From the NCBI GenBank assembly GCA_030141605.1, contig JAQGDQ010000150.1, positions 1-64,000 of the forward strand: DNA of 64,000 bases, given 5' to 3'. Shown here piece by piece: positions 13,301 through 26,656 of this stretch. The first letter of the stretch is position 1. Each line of letters begins with the position of its first letter. The translations under genes were made by a program, and so were the position numbers. The notes below the pieces were generated by a model, which saw nothing but the letters and a program-made list of their open reading frames with translations, did no database searches and was not told the DNA's origin. The DNA is from Tubiluchus corallicola (Eukaryota > Animalia > Priapulida).

Positions 13301-16300
13301 ACGATCCATAGTAGTAGTAAGAGTAGATTATTGATCATAATATTTTGTAATGTTAACAGATCGAGTCAAATAAGAATGTGTGGAGGAACTGTAAAAATTA
13401 GTCCAGAATAAAATGGCTGCTGAAGGCAAGTTTGCCCTAAACGCATATAAGATATACAAGAATGCAAAAAATACGTTAATAACCTCAAACTAAGTACTAA
13501 GTTTGGAAAAAGACAATGCGTCAAATGATTTCAATAATTTTTAACAGATTTCAAAACCCCCTTTGAATAAAATTATAGAACGTATGCAATTTTGCACAAA
13601 ACCCGACGTGTGAAGTCTCAGTTCACAGTAATGACGCTCCATCTACCGGTTTCAATCTTTAGTCTATGTACAATTGTACACGCAGTCTCATCTCGGCAAG
13701 TGCAACAAGGTGCAGTTAGAAAACACAAGTAAGTGTTTTTCGGTATTTTCCATCATATTTCTCCATAGTTTAATTTAACGAGCTTTTACACGCATCTTAA
13801 AACAAGGGTACCGTATTTGCCCAGCCCCTAACTTTGTCCCAAAATGAAATAAGTTTAGAAACATTTGCCATAATAAGTGTACACACTTAAATGCAAAATT
13901 AAATACCTTATTACAAAGGTGCATAAGAACAGCCTTAATTAATTAGCAGGCATAGTTTAGATAAGCAATTTTCTTGTGAATGCTAGGTGGATACTTTCAG
14001 AACTGTATTAAATGTATAAAAAACAGTTCTGGTTGGTTCTCATTGAATTTGTTGCTATAGTAGCATTAACCTAAATTTCACCCTAAAAGGTGTTTTCCTT
14101 TTCCAGATAATCATTAAGCTGTTTGTAAAACAAGGTGACCCAAAGTTTCGATCAGTAGTTTGACTGAAAATGCTCTAACATTAGCTCAGTATTATTTTTC
14201 TCATTAGCATAGTTTCAGATGTATTCTGGCCAATTGTGGTGCAGCTTTGAAAAATCAAATATGATCGTAATTACATATTATTTAAATATTGAAATACAAC
14301 AACAAGGATGGCAGGATTTGGCTGTTAATTCACCAATGTACGACTATATGATAGGCTGACAGCAAGAAAGAGTTGTATCCATGATATCCATGGATCGTCA
14401 TTGCAGTTTCTGAAGGTACTGGAGAAACTGAGGTCTCCTCCACGACTCAGATCTCCTCATGCCTCGCTGTGATGTGCTGGTATGCTCGTGAAAATGTGAA
14501 TAAGTGCTGAATACCACTAATTCCAGTAAACATGAAAGGTGTTTTTAATGTACCCACTATGTTGAAATATCAAGCTTTATATAATTTCAGTTAAATTTAG
14601 CTGTATAGCATTATAAGTTGCAATTCTTGTGTAGTCCTATTTAGCTGCACAGTACTAAAAGTTATATATTACCTTTTTATGCAGTTGCAGTGATAGTAGT
14701 ATTACTTGTAGTTCCTGTATAGCATTGAAGATTTTTTGTAGTGTATTACTGTTTTGCCTGCTTTTCAGTTTTCACCTCCTTTGGTTTCTTACTTTTGTTC
14801 AATTCCTTTTTAAAAACCTTTTAATGGGCCAAAGTAAGGTTTGCATATTCGAAATTTAGCTTCCATCTAGTCGTGGATGCATTTATACACGTAAAATATT
14901 TGGTTGGGCCTATATTAAAGGATCACTGTCTAGCTTTTTAAAATACAAAAATATAAAGCTTAAAAATATGTGCTCATTAGACACAATGATTTAATGACTC
15001 TTGCCAGGCATTTTGTTCTCTTAATTATGATGACTGACGAAAATCAAAAAAAGTCAACAATGTTAAACTTAAATGTGGGTCAAAGTTAGGGCATTTTACG
15101 GAGTCAACGTATAAAATGAACAATTTTTCCTGGAGACGACTAATGTACATGTAATGACATCATACACATCTGTAGAGCATTGTATACTAGATTATGGTGA
15201 TTCCTTAGCAGAGCCTCTTTTAAGGGATAATAACTGTGTACCAGGGGTATGGGGGTTCTCTCTATACCAAAACAGTGTATCTCGGTAAACAGTGGTCAGA
15301 TTTAGGCATCACCGGGTACGAAGACTTCTTCACTGTGTACCAAACTTAGTACCCAGCCAACATGTAAAAGAGGTTCTGTTCCTGAGGTGGAATATAACAA
15401 CTGCAGAGAACCGTTGCAGGCACAGCTTGTGGCACCAATTGCGGCTATCTTAATTAACTTGATTCCTAAATAGCGTACGATCATATTACATGCATCGAAC
15501 ACTGTTTATAGGAGTGTGTTTAATTATAAAAGAAACCAACGCGTTAGATTGGTTCTGTACTTCTATAATACAATGCCACAGAACTATTTAATCTATTTAA
15601 GACAACTTACATTTTATAAGTCTTACGTCTCACCCAGATAACTATGTTAGAGTAGTCTATGAAATTAATAAGCCAGGCCACCCTGAACGTATCTTGTATT
15701 AATGTAAAACGTCTGGTAGAAAATGAATTTTATAAGGATCTAAATACCAGAAACCTTCTATAAAACAACAAAACTTGTATATATTATAATTTATTTTTGA
15801 TGTGAACTTGATTGTATTGCAACTTTATTGCATTTGTATTCTATTTTATGACTTCGATAAGAAATAAGTACCAGTTTATTTATTACTGGTTTACATCCAG
15901 TGTAAAAATTCTTATTATTATTCTTCCGCCCATCTTTAACGGTTAATAACTCTAAGCTTGCAAGCTAGGGTCACCAAACTCGCAGAGTTGGTAGCCCTGG
16001 GCGGGGGCGTACAACAGTGTGCCGACCACTGACCACTGGTCAAGGGGGCAGGGCAGTGGGCGTCTGTCAGTTTTTCCTTTAAAATGGATCTCCTCCTAGG
16101 GCTTTCCGTTTTTTTCACAAGTATAAGGACACTGTCGGGCAGTTGTGTACTTGGGGTTTAAAAAGCTGGCAGATTTTAAAGTTTAAATGCTCGAGTGAGG
16201 GGCCAAAATGCAAAATTTGGGGTCCCCAATTTGTGACCTTTTACAGGCTAGGAACAAAACTCACAGGGTACACTCTCTGGGCAAAGTTATACGTGTGACC

Positions 16301-19300
16301 CGAGTTGCCAGGTCAAAAGTCAAGGAGCGGGCAGGTCTTCATTTATTTTTCTTTAGGATCCACTGCTCCTATAGTTTTTGAGCTAGGGCCACAATATTTG
16401 GTATGTGGTTAGGTGGGGCCAAGTTGTTGGATATGGCAGAATATGGGTGATTTGGAAGGGGGAAATGGGGCTTGGGAACAGAAATATATCAAGTGTCTAG
16501 AAGTAATACCGTGTAGCATATCAAATGAAAGATCTCGGATGAGGTAAGTCGAATAACATAGGTTACAATGAGAATGGATAACTTACAACCCCTCTAGAGT
16601 GCAAAAGCCAAAAAATGAGGTCGGGAACTGAAGTGCACCGAGTGTTGAGCAATGGTACTTTGCAGCACATCAAATGAAAGGTCTTGATGAAGCGGATCGA
16701 ATGACATAGGCTACAATAAGAACAGTTAACTCACGACCCCACTAGGGGCCAAAATAGGGGGTCGAGAAGACAAAGGCCTTCCAGTGTCGACTGAACTAGT
16801 AGCTTGTAGTACATCAAACGAAAGGTTTCGATGAGACAAACCGAATAGTGGAAGTTACGTCGAAACTGGTTGATCTCTGACCCCAGTAGGGGGCAAGAAC
16901 CGAAAAAAGGGGGTCTAGAACAGACATGCATCGAGTGTCTACGAATAGTACCATGTAGCATGTCAAATGAAAGGTCTTGATGAGGCGAATCGAATGGTAT
17001 AGGTTACAGTGTGAATCGTTAACCTGTAACCCATTTAAGGGCAAAATAGGGGTCAAGAAGACAGATGCCTTCCAGGATCTACCAAAAGTAACATATCAAA
17101 TGAAAGGTCTCAATAAGACAAACTAAATGAAATAAGATATGCCAAAATTGGTTGACCTTTGACCCAAGGGTGACGAACTAATTAGTTAAATACGGAGGTT
17201 TCCTTATGAAATGCATTTTCTATGTACTCGAGCAAGGTGAATTCAATAAAAGAAAATAAGTACTTTCAAGAAAAAGGGTGTCGTCTCTTTATTTTTAAGG
17301 CTTAATCTTATACATATTGTTTGCAAAATCTTCAGTTTCCGACGACTTTGCAACTAGTTTTTAACTTGTTAGCTAGTTTATTATTATTTATTATTACAGC
17401 TTTTGTATTTATTATATTTCTTACCTGTACGAAAGTTGATAAGGATGTCGATAATAAAAACTGCGTCAGAAGCGCTGTTAAACACTACCCAACCTGTGAC
17501 TTTTTGACTATTGAAAAATGTAATTGCTACCGGTAAGACGACCAAATTTATAACAAGAAATATCACCATACATAAATCCCAGTAGTACCTGAAAAATATT
17601 AATTAATTTTGAATTCTTAAGACAATTGCTTTCATTAGGCAATGTTATAGGTGTTTAGTTAGTCGTCCTAATTTGCATACTAGCTCCCATTTATTGGGCA
17701 TGTACTTTAGTTAAATGGTTAACTCCATTCTTTTTACACTTTTCGTTTGTAAGCCAGTTAGTTTTTTTGTACACTGATCATAAAAATTTTAGCTTACTCC
17801 TACTTTGTACTTGTCCGTAACAGCCCTTACTTCAACTCCGATACATTCTGAGTCGACTCATACTAAAACCCACTAGCCTGAAGAGATAGTCAGTCAGTGG
17901 CTAGTAGGCCCCAATGCCTTTGACCAAGAATAAGAAAGAAAGAGTACGCCCAACTGACTCGCGAAAGTTGCGACTGGCACTTACTTAGTACTTAGTTCTC
18001 TCCACGCCAAGAGGCACATAAGGTCGTGAGAGACCCCTATGAGACCCGTGACACTCCCTCTCCAAACTAGATTTGTTGATACTTAAGTGTCATTGGTTTC
18101 TGTAACAGTAGGCGTTTTTATGGGAATGAGTTGTTAACCGAGACCGAACTTTCCCCATCTTCAACGCTTCAGGAAGAATGGCGACAGGTGTCGAGCGATT
18201 TGGTGGTCGGACCTGCTCTGTCCGCTCCCTGGCTAACATTGCACCTTCCCATTTGGAGGGGCCAGGTATTCCCCACTATAACTTTGTCCACTGACTTGGA
18301 ACCCAGACAGCATTGCGTGGAGGAAGAGTTGGCTTGGAACAAGGTAGGTGGTGGCATTGCGAGTCTCGCCCCTTCGCAGCCTGTAGGTGGGATGAATTAA
18401 GAAAACAATTGCTACCCTCGGCTGCTCCCTATTAAGTACGTTCGAAGTACGAATACGATTTGTATCGGCATACTATTTGTAGAGGCCAAGTAGTCTAAAA
18501 CTAACCTCCACATTAGCGTACTGAATGAACCCTAGAAAATGGACCAAATTAGCCTGCTTTCAAAGTTCGGCTAAGGAACCAAGCTAACATACTGGATTAA
18601 TTAACGTTACCTGTCCTGACCTAATGTAGAATTGTCATTTAACACAAACAGAAAAGACAAAGAATGAGGCGCCTCTAATCTACCTAGTATGTCACGAACA
18701 AGACATATTTGAAAAAAGTAACATGATGATTAATTTACCCATTATGAGCTTACTGAAATTTATTTTTGAAATTCAAAATAGGTAGACAGAACAGACTTCA
18801 GTATGGTGTTAATTACTATTATTAGCGCGATTACATAACAGTATTCTATAATTACAGCATTTATTCATTAACTACAAATATTATAAAAAATGTTATGTTT
18901 GATAAAAATTTATGTTAGTACTCATATATGTATATGTGTGTGAGTGTGTGAGTGTGTGTGTGCGTGCGTGCGTGCGTGCGCGTGTATATATTGAGCCAGT
19001 CCGGCCAACAATAGTTAAACATGAAACGTTTTTTACGACTATTTTTATTAAGAAATTCAATAAACGCACACAGTAATTTTCATTGAATATAAGGTAGGTA
19101 TTTTTGTTTTCTAATGCAGGACACTTGTGAAAATAATGTATTACAGGCCAACCGCATAGGTTTATTTTTCAAGCCTACAACTTACTTCCTTTTATCTGTT
19201 AGTATATAATTAGATTTTTTATAGTCTGAAACATTTACCTAAAAGCGCTAAGAGGATGAATTATCCAAACCCGGGCTAGGCGCATGCGTCTTTGTTCTTT

Positions 19301-19570
19301 TTCAATTGCTTTTTTTCCTCCAATTAACTTAACGGTAAGTTTGCTGTACGATGGCTCTAAAACACGATGAATTCGATCAAGAATGTAATCCAACCGGCTA
19401 GTTTTTAACACATTCGTTGTTCGCTCTTGTTCATTGTTTTCTATATTCACAAAGCTATGTGATGAGAATTTTGTAGTTTGCATAATATTTGCTTTCACTT
19501 CAACTTCAAGTCGTAATTTTAAAACTGAAAGCAGGCACTTGTTTGTTTCGCGATAAATCACGTTGAACAT
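2072..19570 (-). CDS. HCN: HCN channel gene, 8 coding exons, ~574 aa
   Basis: Exons 19570-19239, 17588-17425, 12881-12634, 10833-10684, 9893-9675, 6474-6328, 3375-3132, 2292-2072 join in frame through GT-AG introns (1725 nt). The product contains the HCN domain/IIHP, S4 ([20 protein letters not shown]), CIGYG filter, C-linker and CNBD (FGEICLLT..RVAT). The start ATG is the first in-frame ATG after a TATA box; 19483 is an alternative. Confidence 0.93.
3132..3375 (-). CDS. HCN: HCN exon 7 (C-linker end, CNBD beta-roll)
   Basis: [81 protein letters not shown]. Confidence 0.93.
4470..5800 (+). mobile_element. Decayed CR1/L2-clade LINE in HCN intron 6 (endonuclease + RT fragments)
   Basis: [55 protein letters not shown] and FADD motifs with stops/frameshifts and an internal deletion. 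Confidence 0.88.
6328..6474 (-). CDS. HCN: HCN exon 6 (C-linker)
   Basis: [49 protein letters not shown]. Confidence 0.93.
7072..7165 (+). repeat. Solo terminal fragment of the AAAAATGGCACAGG-repeat transposon family
   Basis: Same gaatgtag..aaaaatggcacagg tandem motif as 20706-20865. Confidence 0.65.
9675..9893 (-). CDS. HCN: HCN exon 5 (pore helix, CIGYG filter, S6)
   Basis: [73 protein letters not shown]. Confidence 0.95.
10252..10332. repeat. (GA)n microsatellite
   Basis: Direct reading. Confidence 0.97.
10684..10833 (-). CDS. HCN: HCN exon 4 (S5)
   Basis: [50 protein letters not shown]; not in the ORF track, read directly. Confidence 0.92.
12634..12881 (-). CDS. HCN: HCN exon 3 (S3-S4)
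   Basis: [38 protein letters not shown]...[22 protein letters not shown]; GTAAG donor. Confidence 0.93.
13811..15100. mobile_element. Degenerate Tc1/pogo-like DNA transposon
   Basis: Imperfect TIRs ta|CCGTAttt...CCCTAACTTTGTCCC and GGGTCAAAGTTAGGGcattTTACGG; no intact ORF inside. Confidence 0.5.
15910..17185. mobile_element. Non-autonomous element with internal ~145-bp tandem array (Helentron/HINE-like)
   Basis: Core (a)tcaaa(t/c)gaaag recurs at ~16520, 16669, 16813, 16962, 17095. GC-richer than the flanks. Family assignment is inference. Confidence 0.5.
17425..17588 (-). CDS. HCN: HCN exon 2 (S1-S2)
   Basis: [25 protein letters not shown]...[15 protein letters not shown]; CAG acceptor, GTAAG donor. 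Confidence 0.92.
19239..19570 (-). CDS. HCN: HCN exon 1 (N-terminus, HCN domain)
   Basis: ...[41 protein letters not shown]; donor AG|GTAAAT. Confidence 0.85.
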
Positions 19571-19649
19571 TCGTCTAACGAACGTTTTCAACAGAAAAGT
19601 CAACAATATTTTTTTCACTCAGTTACTTGGTGAACAATAACGTTACACA

Positions 19650-19766
19650 TTTATATAATGCTATTTTTAACGCTACTATTTTTGCCACAGCAACTGACCG
19701 CAGGTCCTACCATAGTGCACGTACGTACAGCACTTCCAGCAAGTGCATAGACGGTAACTGACGTCA
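19650..19766 (-). promoter_or_regulatory. HCN core promoter: TATA box and full CRE
   Basis: TATATAAA on the minus strand at 19657-19650, ~80 nt upstream of the ATG; palindromic TGACGTCA at 19759-19766. Confidence 0.55.
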
Positions 19767-20274
19767 TAATGAAATAGTGCAACAATGAATTCCCTTAAAC
19801 GCAAATGTTGCACAGTTACACGGTTATTCCACCTGGAGCTGACAAATGAGTTCAGTTCAGTCAGTTGGGTATCTGATATTAGTTCCCTGATCATGGAGAG
19901 CAAAGGTTTCTCAGACGAATTGGCTTGTTGTTTTTGGGGTTTTTTGTGTGTTTTGTGGGTTTTTTTTTTTTTGTTTTTTTGGTGGGTGTTGGTTTTGTGT
20001 TTTTGGTTTGTGTGTGTGGTGGGTTTTTTGTAATTAAACTCATGTTCCTAATTTATTTTGATTTCATTTATTGTGCTTAAACCATTCTAACTTTTGACTG
20101 CTCGATTGCTGAAGGCGTACTTCCTCGCATTTAGTCTGGCTCTGGGTTTGTAGAATGTAGAGTATACAATGATGACGTACAGTACTTGCTGTATTCCTTA
20201 ACTCGCCCAAAAGGATGACTCGCCCAAAACGTCAATTTTATTGAATTCGAAAATTCTAAATCATGTCACTTCTT

Positions 20275-20520
20275 TGGTGTCTAAATTGTAAAGATGGGAT
20301 GTTTAATTGTCTTAGTTTTTCTGTGTAGTCCGATTTACTGAATGATGGAACCAGCTTGGTAGCCCTTCGTTGCACATTTTCTATAAGTTGAGCATCTCCT
20401 ATAACCTTTGTCCCAAGACATCAGCGTATTCTAGGCGTGGTCTAATAAAAGTTTTGATTATCTGAACAATTTTTCATTGTTTATGTACGTGAACTTATGT
20501 TTGATGACATATACGAATAA
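20275..20520 (-). mobile_element. CR1-type LINE ORF2 C-terminal fragment
   Basis: Minus strand reads KTFIRPRLEYA...IENVQRRATKLVPSFSKSDYTEKLRQLNIPSLQFR. Confidence 0.75.
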
Positions 20521-20705
20521 TAGACATTAGGCAGGCAAAACCTTAAAGTAAAAGAAATCTGTCCTCAGGACAGGTAAACATTGCAGTAATCCAACAAGAA
20601 CACTGGACACTGCTATGCCAGTGGCTTGTCTGCATCACTTTCGGGCTAACTTTTTAGATGCTGTCCGCTATTTTAGAAATTCCCTTTCAGTGATTTGGCC
20701 TGCAG

Positions 20706-21323
20706 GAATGTAGGTAAAAATGGCATAGAGAAAAATGACATGGTAAAAATGGCACAGGAAAAATTGGCACAAATGGAAAAGTAAGTAAAAATGTCACAGG
20801 AAAAGATAACACAAATGGAAAAGTAGGTAAAAATGGCACAGGAAAAAATGGAAAAGTGGCACACTTATTAAAACATGGATTTATTTGCATTAAATTAGTA
20901 CTATATTAGAATGAGAAGCAAAAAATTTCAATATTTATTATTTGTTAATAATTATTATAATAAAATATGGTACATCCAAGGCACACGGACTTTATTACAA
21001 ACAATACAAATATCTCATCACCACATGTAAAATATAATGCAAAAAAGTTTCACGGTCATACATACATACATACAATGATCTACTATTTGGGTACTTTGAA
21101 GATCACTTTAGATGTATTCATTGCCACCAACACTGTAATTAGCTGATTGTAGCAAATGGTGCATAGAATGTATAGACCCACATGCTTAAACGTTTGAATA
21201 GGGTTTTTTACTCGAAGTCTCCCTTATTTGCACAGAACGTTTAACAGACTATCAAAAGACTTCATATGAAAGTGAACCTATTAAGCCTGTGCTATTTTTT
21301 CCTGTGCCATTTTTACGGCACAC
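20706..21323. mobile_element. Non-autonomous Mutator/Foldback-like element with repeat-rich TIRs
   Basis: Left arm of tandem aaaaatggcacagg, right arm cctgtgccatttttac; flanked by direct repeat TGGCCTGCA(G) at 20696 and 21324 (9-10 bp TSD). Confidence 0.75.
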
Positions 21324-24300
21324 TGGCCTGCAGAACTACACGGTACGTATGAACCGTTTTGGGTTGAAGAATTCATATTGGATATCTTTTTTATGATTTG
21401 ACATACTTTTGATCTTTACATTCAGAGTTCTTGCTCTTTCTTTTACAGCAGATACAAAGTTTGTAATTTAATTAACGCTTCTTTTTCGTTGTCATGACTT
21501 TTCGAGATATTCACATCTCTTCAGATTATCACACTTATTCACAAATTGATAGTTTAACACTAATAGTTGAGTTGATAGTCACTGCTGTGGAGGGACGGGT
21601 GAATTTACATAAAATAGAAAGGTAATAGTTAACTTGTTTACTCAACACTGAAATTTAATGAATTAAGCTTAAATGTAAATGTAAAAGGTGAACAAAAGGT
21701 AAAAAGGTATCTTTCCTTTAATCGTAAAATGGGTTCTTTTATTAATTTGGTTTCAATATTTACAACACATAGTTTGAATTTAAAATGTTGATCAATGATC
21801 TTCTTGTAGTGGTTGATATCCTCTTTGACAAATTCAGGTGTAAAAATGCATTTTTAAGTTGCCATTAAAAAGCTTAATACCTCCAAAATTTCCATGCACT
21901 GTATGCCTGTAGTCCCAACACACAGCAATACATTATTTTGTTACACGTCAGTTAGTGGCGTCGCACATTTTGCTGACGTTCGTTATATTTCTTTTACGTT
22001 GCATCACATTTACGTCATGTAAGCGTTGCGTCATTTCAGTTTAGTTTTCTTTATTGCGTTTCCATTGTTTTTTCGTATCATTACCAATTATTTTTTTTAG
22101 TATTAGATATGAAAAGTGTTTGTAAAGGTAATGAATCTTATTAAAGAATCTTATCAATGAATCTTACTAAATTTTGTCAATTGATATTATTAGGCATGGT
22201 ATTCAGAGATTATCTGACCCACTCCTTTTGAAGTTATTATGAATAGTCAAATGTGATGTCCAATGTGCACTTTCAACCACTATTCGTTTTTTCCAAGTAC
22301 ATTTGCATATAGATACTTTGTGAATAACATTTTTATTGTAATAGTATTATTTATTTATTAAATGGCATTTGTACGTCTTCATTTCGATTGTACGCATTTC
22401 ATTTATTTTTTCCATACTTTTGCTTATCACTGCAGCTTAGTAGATAGTTCAGTAAATTAGTATTTTTCATAATCTGCTCGTACATTTTTATTACATTGTA
22501 TATTTTCTTTATAGCAGTCTCATCATACTGTTAGTATTGTTGCAGGTCTGAATGGTCTCATTTTAAGTCTCTTTAAATTTATTCATTGTAAATATCATTT
22601 ATTAATTTTGCATACGCATTTGTATACTCTGTTCTTTAATGTATTTGCATTTTATATGGAGTAATCTCATTCATTAACTTCACTGTACGTATTTGTATAC
22701 TTTGTTCTTTTTATGTATTTGCTCACGTCGTTATAAATATTCCATTAAATGGCAAACAGTTCATGGTCTTTGAGAACGTTCTGTCTTTGTCACGTACATT
22801 ATACATGTTGTAAATGAACAACTTTGAATTTAAACTAATTGGACGATGTTATCAGCCATTTTTATCTTTCATGGGTATACACAGAAGTGTAAAACAATAA
22901 CACCTAATCAGATATCACTCAATTAACAGTCGATCTAAAATTTCAAATAAAAAATCTGATAGTTAGACAGCTGTACTAATATCCTAGTTTCAAAATATAA
23001 GATGCATTTCAGTGTACAAATATAAACATATACTTGCGGGCATGTTTAGGATTTAGATTACAATAAGAGTCATTAGTTTTGACGCAACAGTTCGTAAGAA
23101 TCGTAAAGAATTACTGTCCATATAAAACAAAATACAAAACGAAAATTAAAAGATATAACAGATTCGAGTTAGTGCGCCACGGGCAGTCATGTCCAATGCT
23201 TTTACATAAACCAGTAAGAGCATAATACAGTTCATACTTCCGCCAAGGCCGATAAACAATCGGATGAAAACATAACCTCCTCTTTTTGGACGTTGCCTCG
23301 TTATGATTAGGTGACTACGTTAATGTGCATAAAATTTTAATCAACATGATTTTAATTAATGTTGCTTAAATAAGAATGATTATAGTGTGGAATGTCTTTA
23401 AGCTAGAAATTATACTCATTACTATTATTAATTTACTTAAAAGTTTTATTAATTTGCAAAAAATGCAGCAAAACTATTCGTGTTCATGTTAGAAAAGTGA
23501 TCACAGATATTGTAGGTCTACAAAAAAAATAAACTTCAGTATACAAAATGTCTAATATCTACTCTCAAAAGATGTGAAATCTGGTTCTCAGATGGCGCCG
23601 TGTACCGCATTATTAATCATTTATCAGCAGGCAGGAGCTAGTGGTGAGCGGATACCGCTCATTTCAGGCAGTCGCGATTACTGATTATTTTTAATTCGGT
23701 AATCGATTACTGAGACTAAACCTGTTGCACCGGTATGGCATGGAACCATTCAAACTGCAAGATCAACAACTTGTGATGCAAGTCACTCCATTTTTATATC
23801 GATGATCCAGGGTCGAGAGGAGAGATGATCCAGGAAGGGAATCAAGGTAGAAAGGGAGGAAAAAGAAAGTAAGGGAAAGAAAAAAAGGAAAATCGCAAGA
23901 AGGAAGAAAGCGAAGAAAGGAAAAGATTAGAGAACTAAAAGCAAAGAAGCAGTGAATGAAACAAAATAAAATTTAAAATCGCCGTATGGGCATAATGCAG
24001 TCATTTTTGCGGCGCAGAAATTATCGTTGCCGTTGTAGATCGTGTTGTTGAATAATTACAAACACTCTTTTAGATGGCTTTGTCCTAACCGTTTGCTGTG
24101 TATTGTTATTACTGTGTATACAATGGCTACCACGTCACACACACATAAAATACTGCCATAATAAAATTATTTACAGATAAAGAATTAGGCAAAATACTCG
24201 TACATGATTTAAGATATAAAATTAACTGATGTTTTCTGTATATAGCTGATTTATCCAATGTTGATAAATTTTAGATAAAAAATATAATCACTGTTAAAAA

Positions 24301-24372
24301 TTTCATTAATCATAGCATGTTTTACGTAGCTGCAAATTCGATAAGCTGTTTACATTAATCAATGAAAATGTA

Positions 24373-24612
<240 letters not shown>

Positions 24613-26465
24613 AGTACTGTGCAGTATAGCGATGAATCGCAATCGCATATGTCACGCAACTCTTTTCACCAACTCTAGATTGAAAGCAGATGAAACTGTA
24701 AACAACGCCCTTAACTTCAAGCTCATTAGGAATCGTCCTGGGTACACAAACGCTCTTTTGCCAATCAAATCGGCAGTATTCAAGACACTATCACAGCAAG
24801 GGAGGAACGGACGAGTGAGGGAAACAAATTTTTCTGTTAAACAAATTTCCCGAGTAAAAAATTAAACATGTAGTTCAAAAGCAACACGCAGATTACTGGC
24901 AGAATCAGATCAAAAGCCTTTTGGTTGAAGGCAAGCATTTAGTACTGTTAGCCGAATAGATTAAAGATGCCACATGACAAGGCATAATATTTAACATGCC
25001 ACGTAATCCGTCAAATACAGGTACTGGGGCAATAGAGAGACTCTAAGCCTGCTCGGTCTTATGCGGCCAAAGAAGGTATCTCTGGAGACATGGCAATATT
25101 CTAACTCATATGCAGCCTTTACGAGCAAGCCTTAATTCAACCGACGAGCCAACCATTTTGTACGCTGATTTACTAGGACTAGCTACCTCTCAAAGGAGGA
25201 CTGTTGATCCCGAATGGATAAAAACAGCACAAATTCCTAATATTACGATTTTCTTCCCAGAATCTCGCCTTTTGTATAGTAGCTGAGCTTAAAGTTCCTT
25301 TCGATATTCCAGAAAATATTTAAAAAAGCCAGAGATCGCAAAACAAACAAATATATGTATGTCGCTTTAATATCAGATCTTGAAAAAAATTGAGGTGTTG
25401 TTTGTTTCACTCGAGATCGGTTTTATTTCTGGTAAATTACAGTATGCTTAAAATACTTTTCAAGCGGCGCCACACACTACACAGGAAAATTATCTGAACT
25501 GCGAAGAGACTTAATGAAACTTGCCATGATCTCATCATACGTAATTTTCTGTGGTAAGCTCGATCTTTAGTGTCTGTGCCAATTGCCAAACCCACTAGTT
25601 ATGTTTGATAAAAATAAATTTTAATATCTGTTTCTTAATAGGTTATATTATTTTTACCGTAAATTTATTTGCAACTTTTATCCTTTTAATCTCGCAAAAT
25701 GTTAGTGTTTGTCATATAAGTGTTATGTAAAAAAATAAAATGTATAAGTATTGAGTATTTAAATGTTCATTCCTGAAGGAGTATCATCACCTGTACACTG
25801 CTATCTGGGACTTTGTGTTCTTTTAAATTTTGTTGATTACCGCAATAAATTTTTTATAAAAATTAACTCTGAATATGCTGTATGCTCAAAATTAATCATG
25901 CAACATACGCGCTTTAAATGAAATATGCCAGGATACGTATTTTCCGAGGAGAACTATAAGAATCAAATTTTTTAACCCTGTTCTCCTAAAAATCAGGCGG
26001 CCCTCAAATTTTGACGCACTAGTTAGCCTAACAGTTAATGCGCTCCTGGCTGCGGTTTGTTACTGTGTCATTCTAATGTGGTCTTATAATCGTCACTTAC
26101 TATCATATACATATATTTGGAACGACGACGACCTTGACATTGAAATTAATTTGATCGGTAAAATGCTGAACAAATGTTTTTATAGCACATTTCATATGAC
26201 GGTAATGGTTGACTGGAACCGTATAAAATGCAGGTTTATTCTAAGATTTCGTAAAACCTTAAATTTACTTAACCTCGTGTGAAATCAACACAAATGCGCT
26301 AAGCATGAGCTAGTTAGATAGCCCAACCGTATTATACAGAGATGTAATAACCAAGATTTTTTAGCACACCAATTATTAGACCTGTGGTTTTTTTACAGTT
26401 TCCATGTAAAGCATGTCCTTCACATATTGACACTGAACTCTTACTAAACTGAATTTCGGAACCGC

Positions 26466-26473
26466 TATATAAA
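26466..26473 (+). promoter_or_regulatory. TATA box of MMP-A
   Basis: TATATAAA 80 nt upstream of the ATG at 26546. Confidence 0.6.
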
Positions 26474-26545
26474 CCGCAACATATGGAAACGATCGCAAAA
26501 GTTTTGTCGTCATTTTAAAGTGATAGGCCTATAGTGCATATTATA

Positions 26546-26656
26546 ATGCATCACTTATTTTGCTTTGTGTCTTTAAGCATGTACATTCTTGCAGGATCTA
26601 TTCCAATAACGGAAAACTCAAATCAAAGTGCAAAAGTGGCGAGACAATTTGCCATT
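26546..26656 (+). CDS. MMP-A exon 1 (signal peptide)
   Basis: MHHLFCFVSLSMYILAGSIPITENSNQSAKVARQFAI|GTGAGT. Confidence 0.75.

Noticed and set aside
17980-18410. GC-richer block with 89-aa and 62-aa ORFs in HCN intron 1
   Set aside because: No recognisable protein motif; probably a retroelement UTR remnant that I cannot classify.
19925-20030. Irregular G/T-only tract upstream of HCN
   Set aside because: Looks like a poorly resolved (GT)n/poly-T consensus; no function can be supported.
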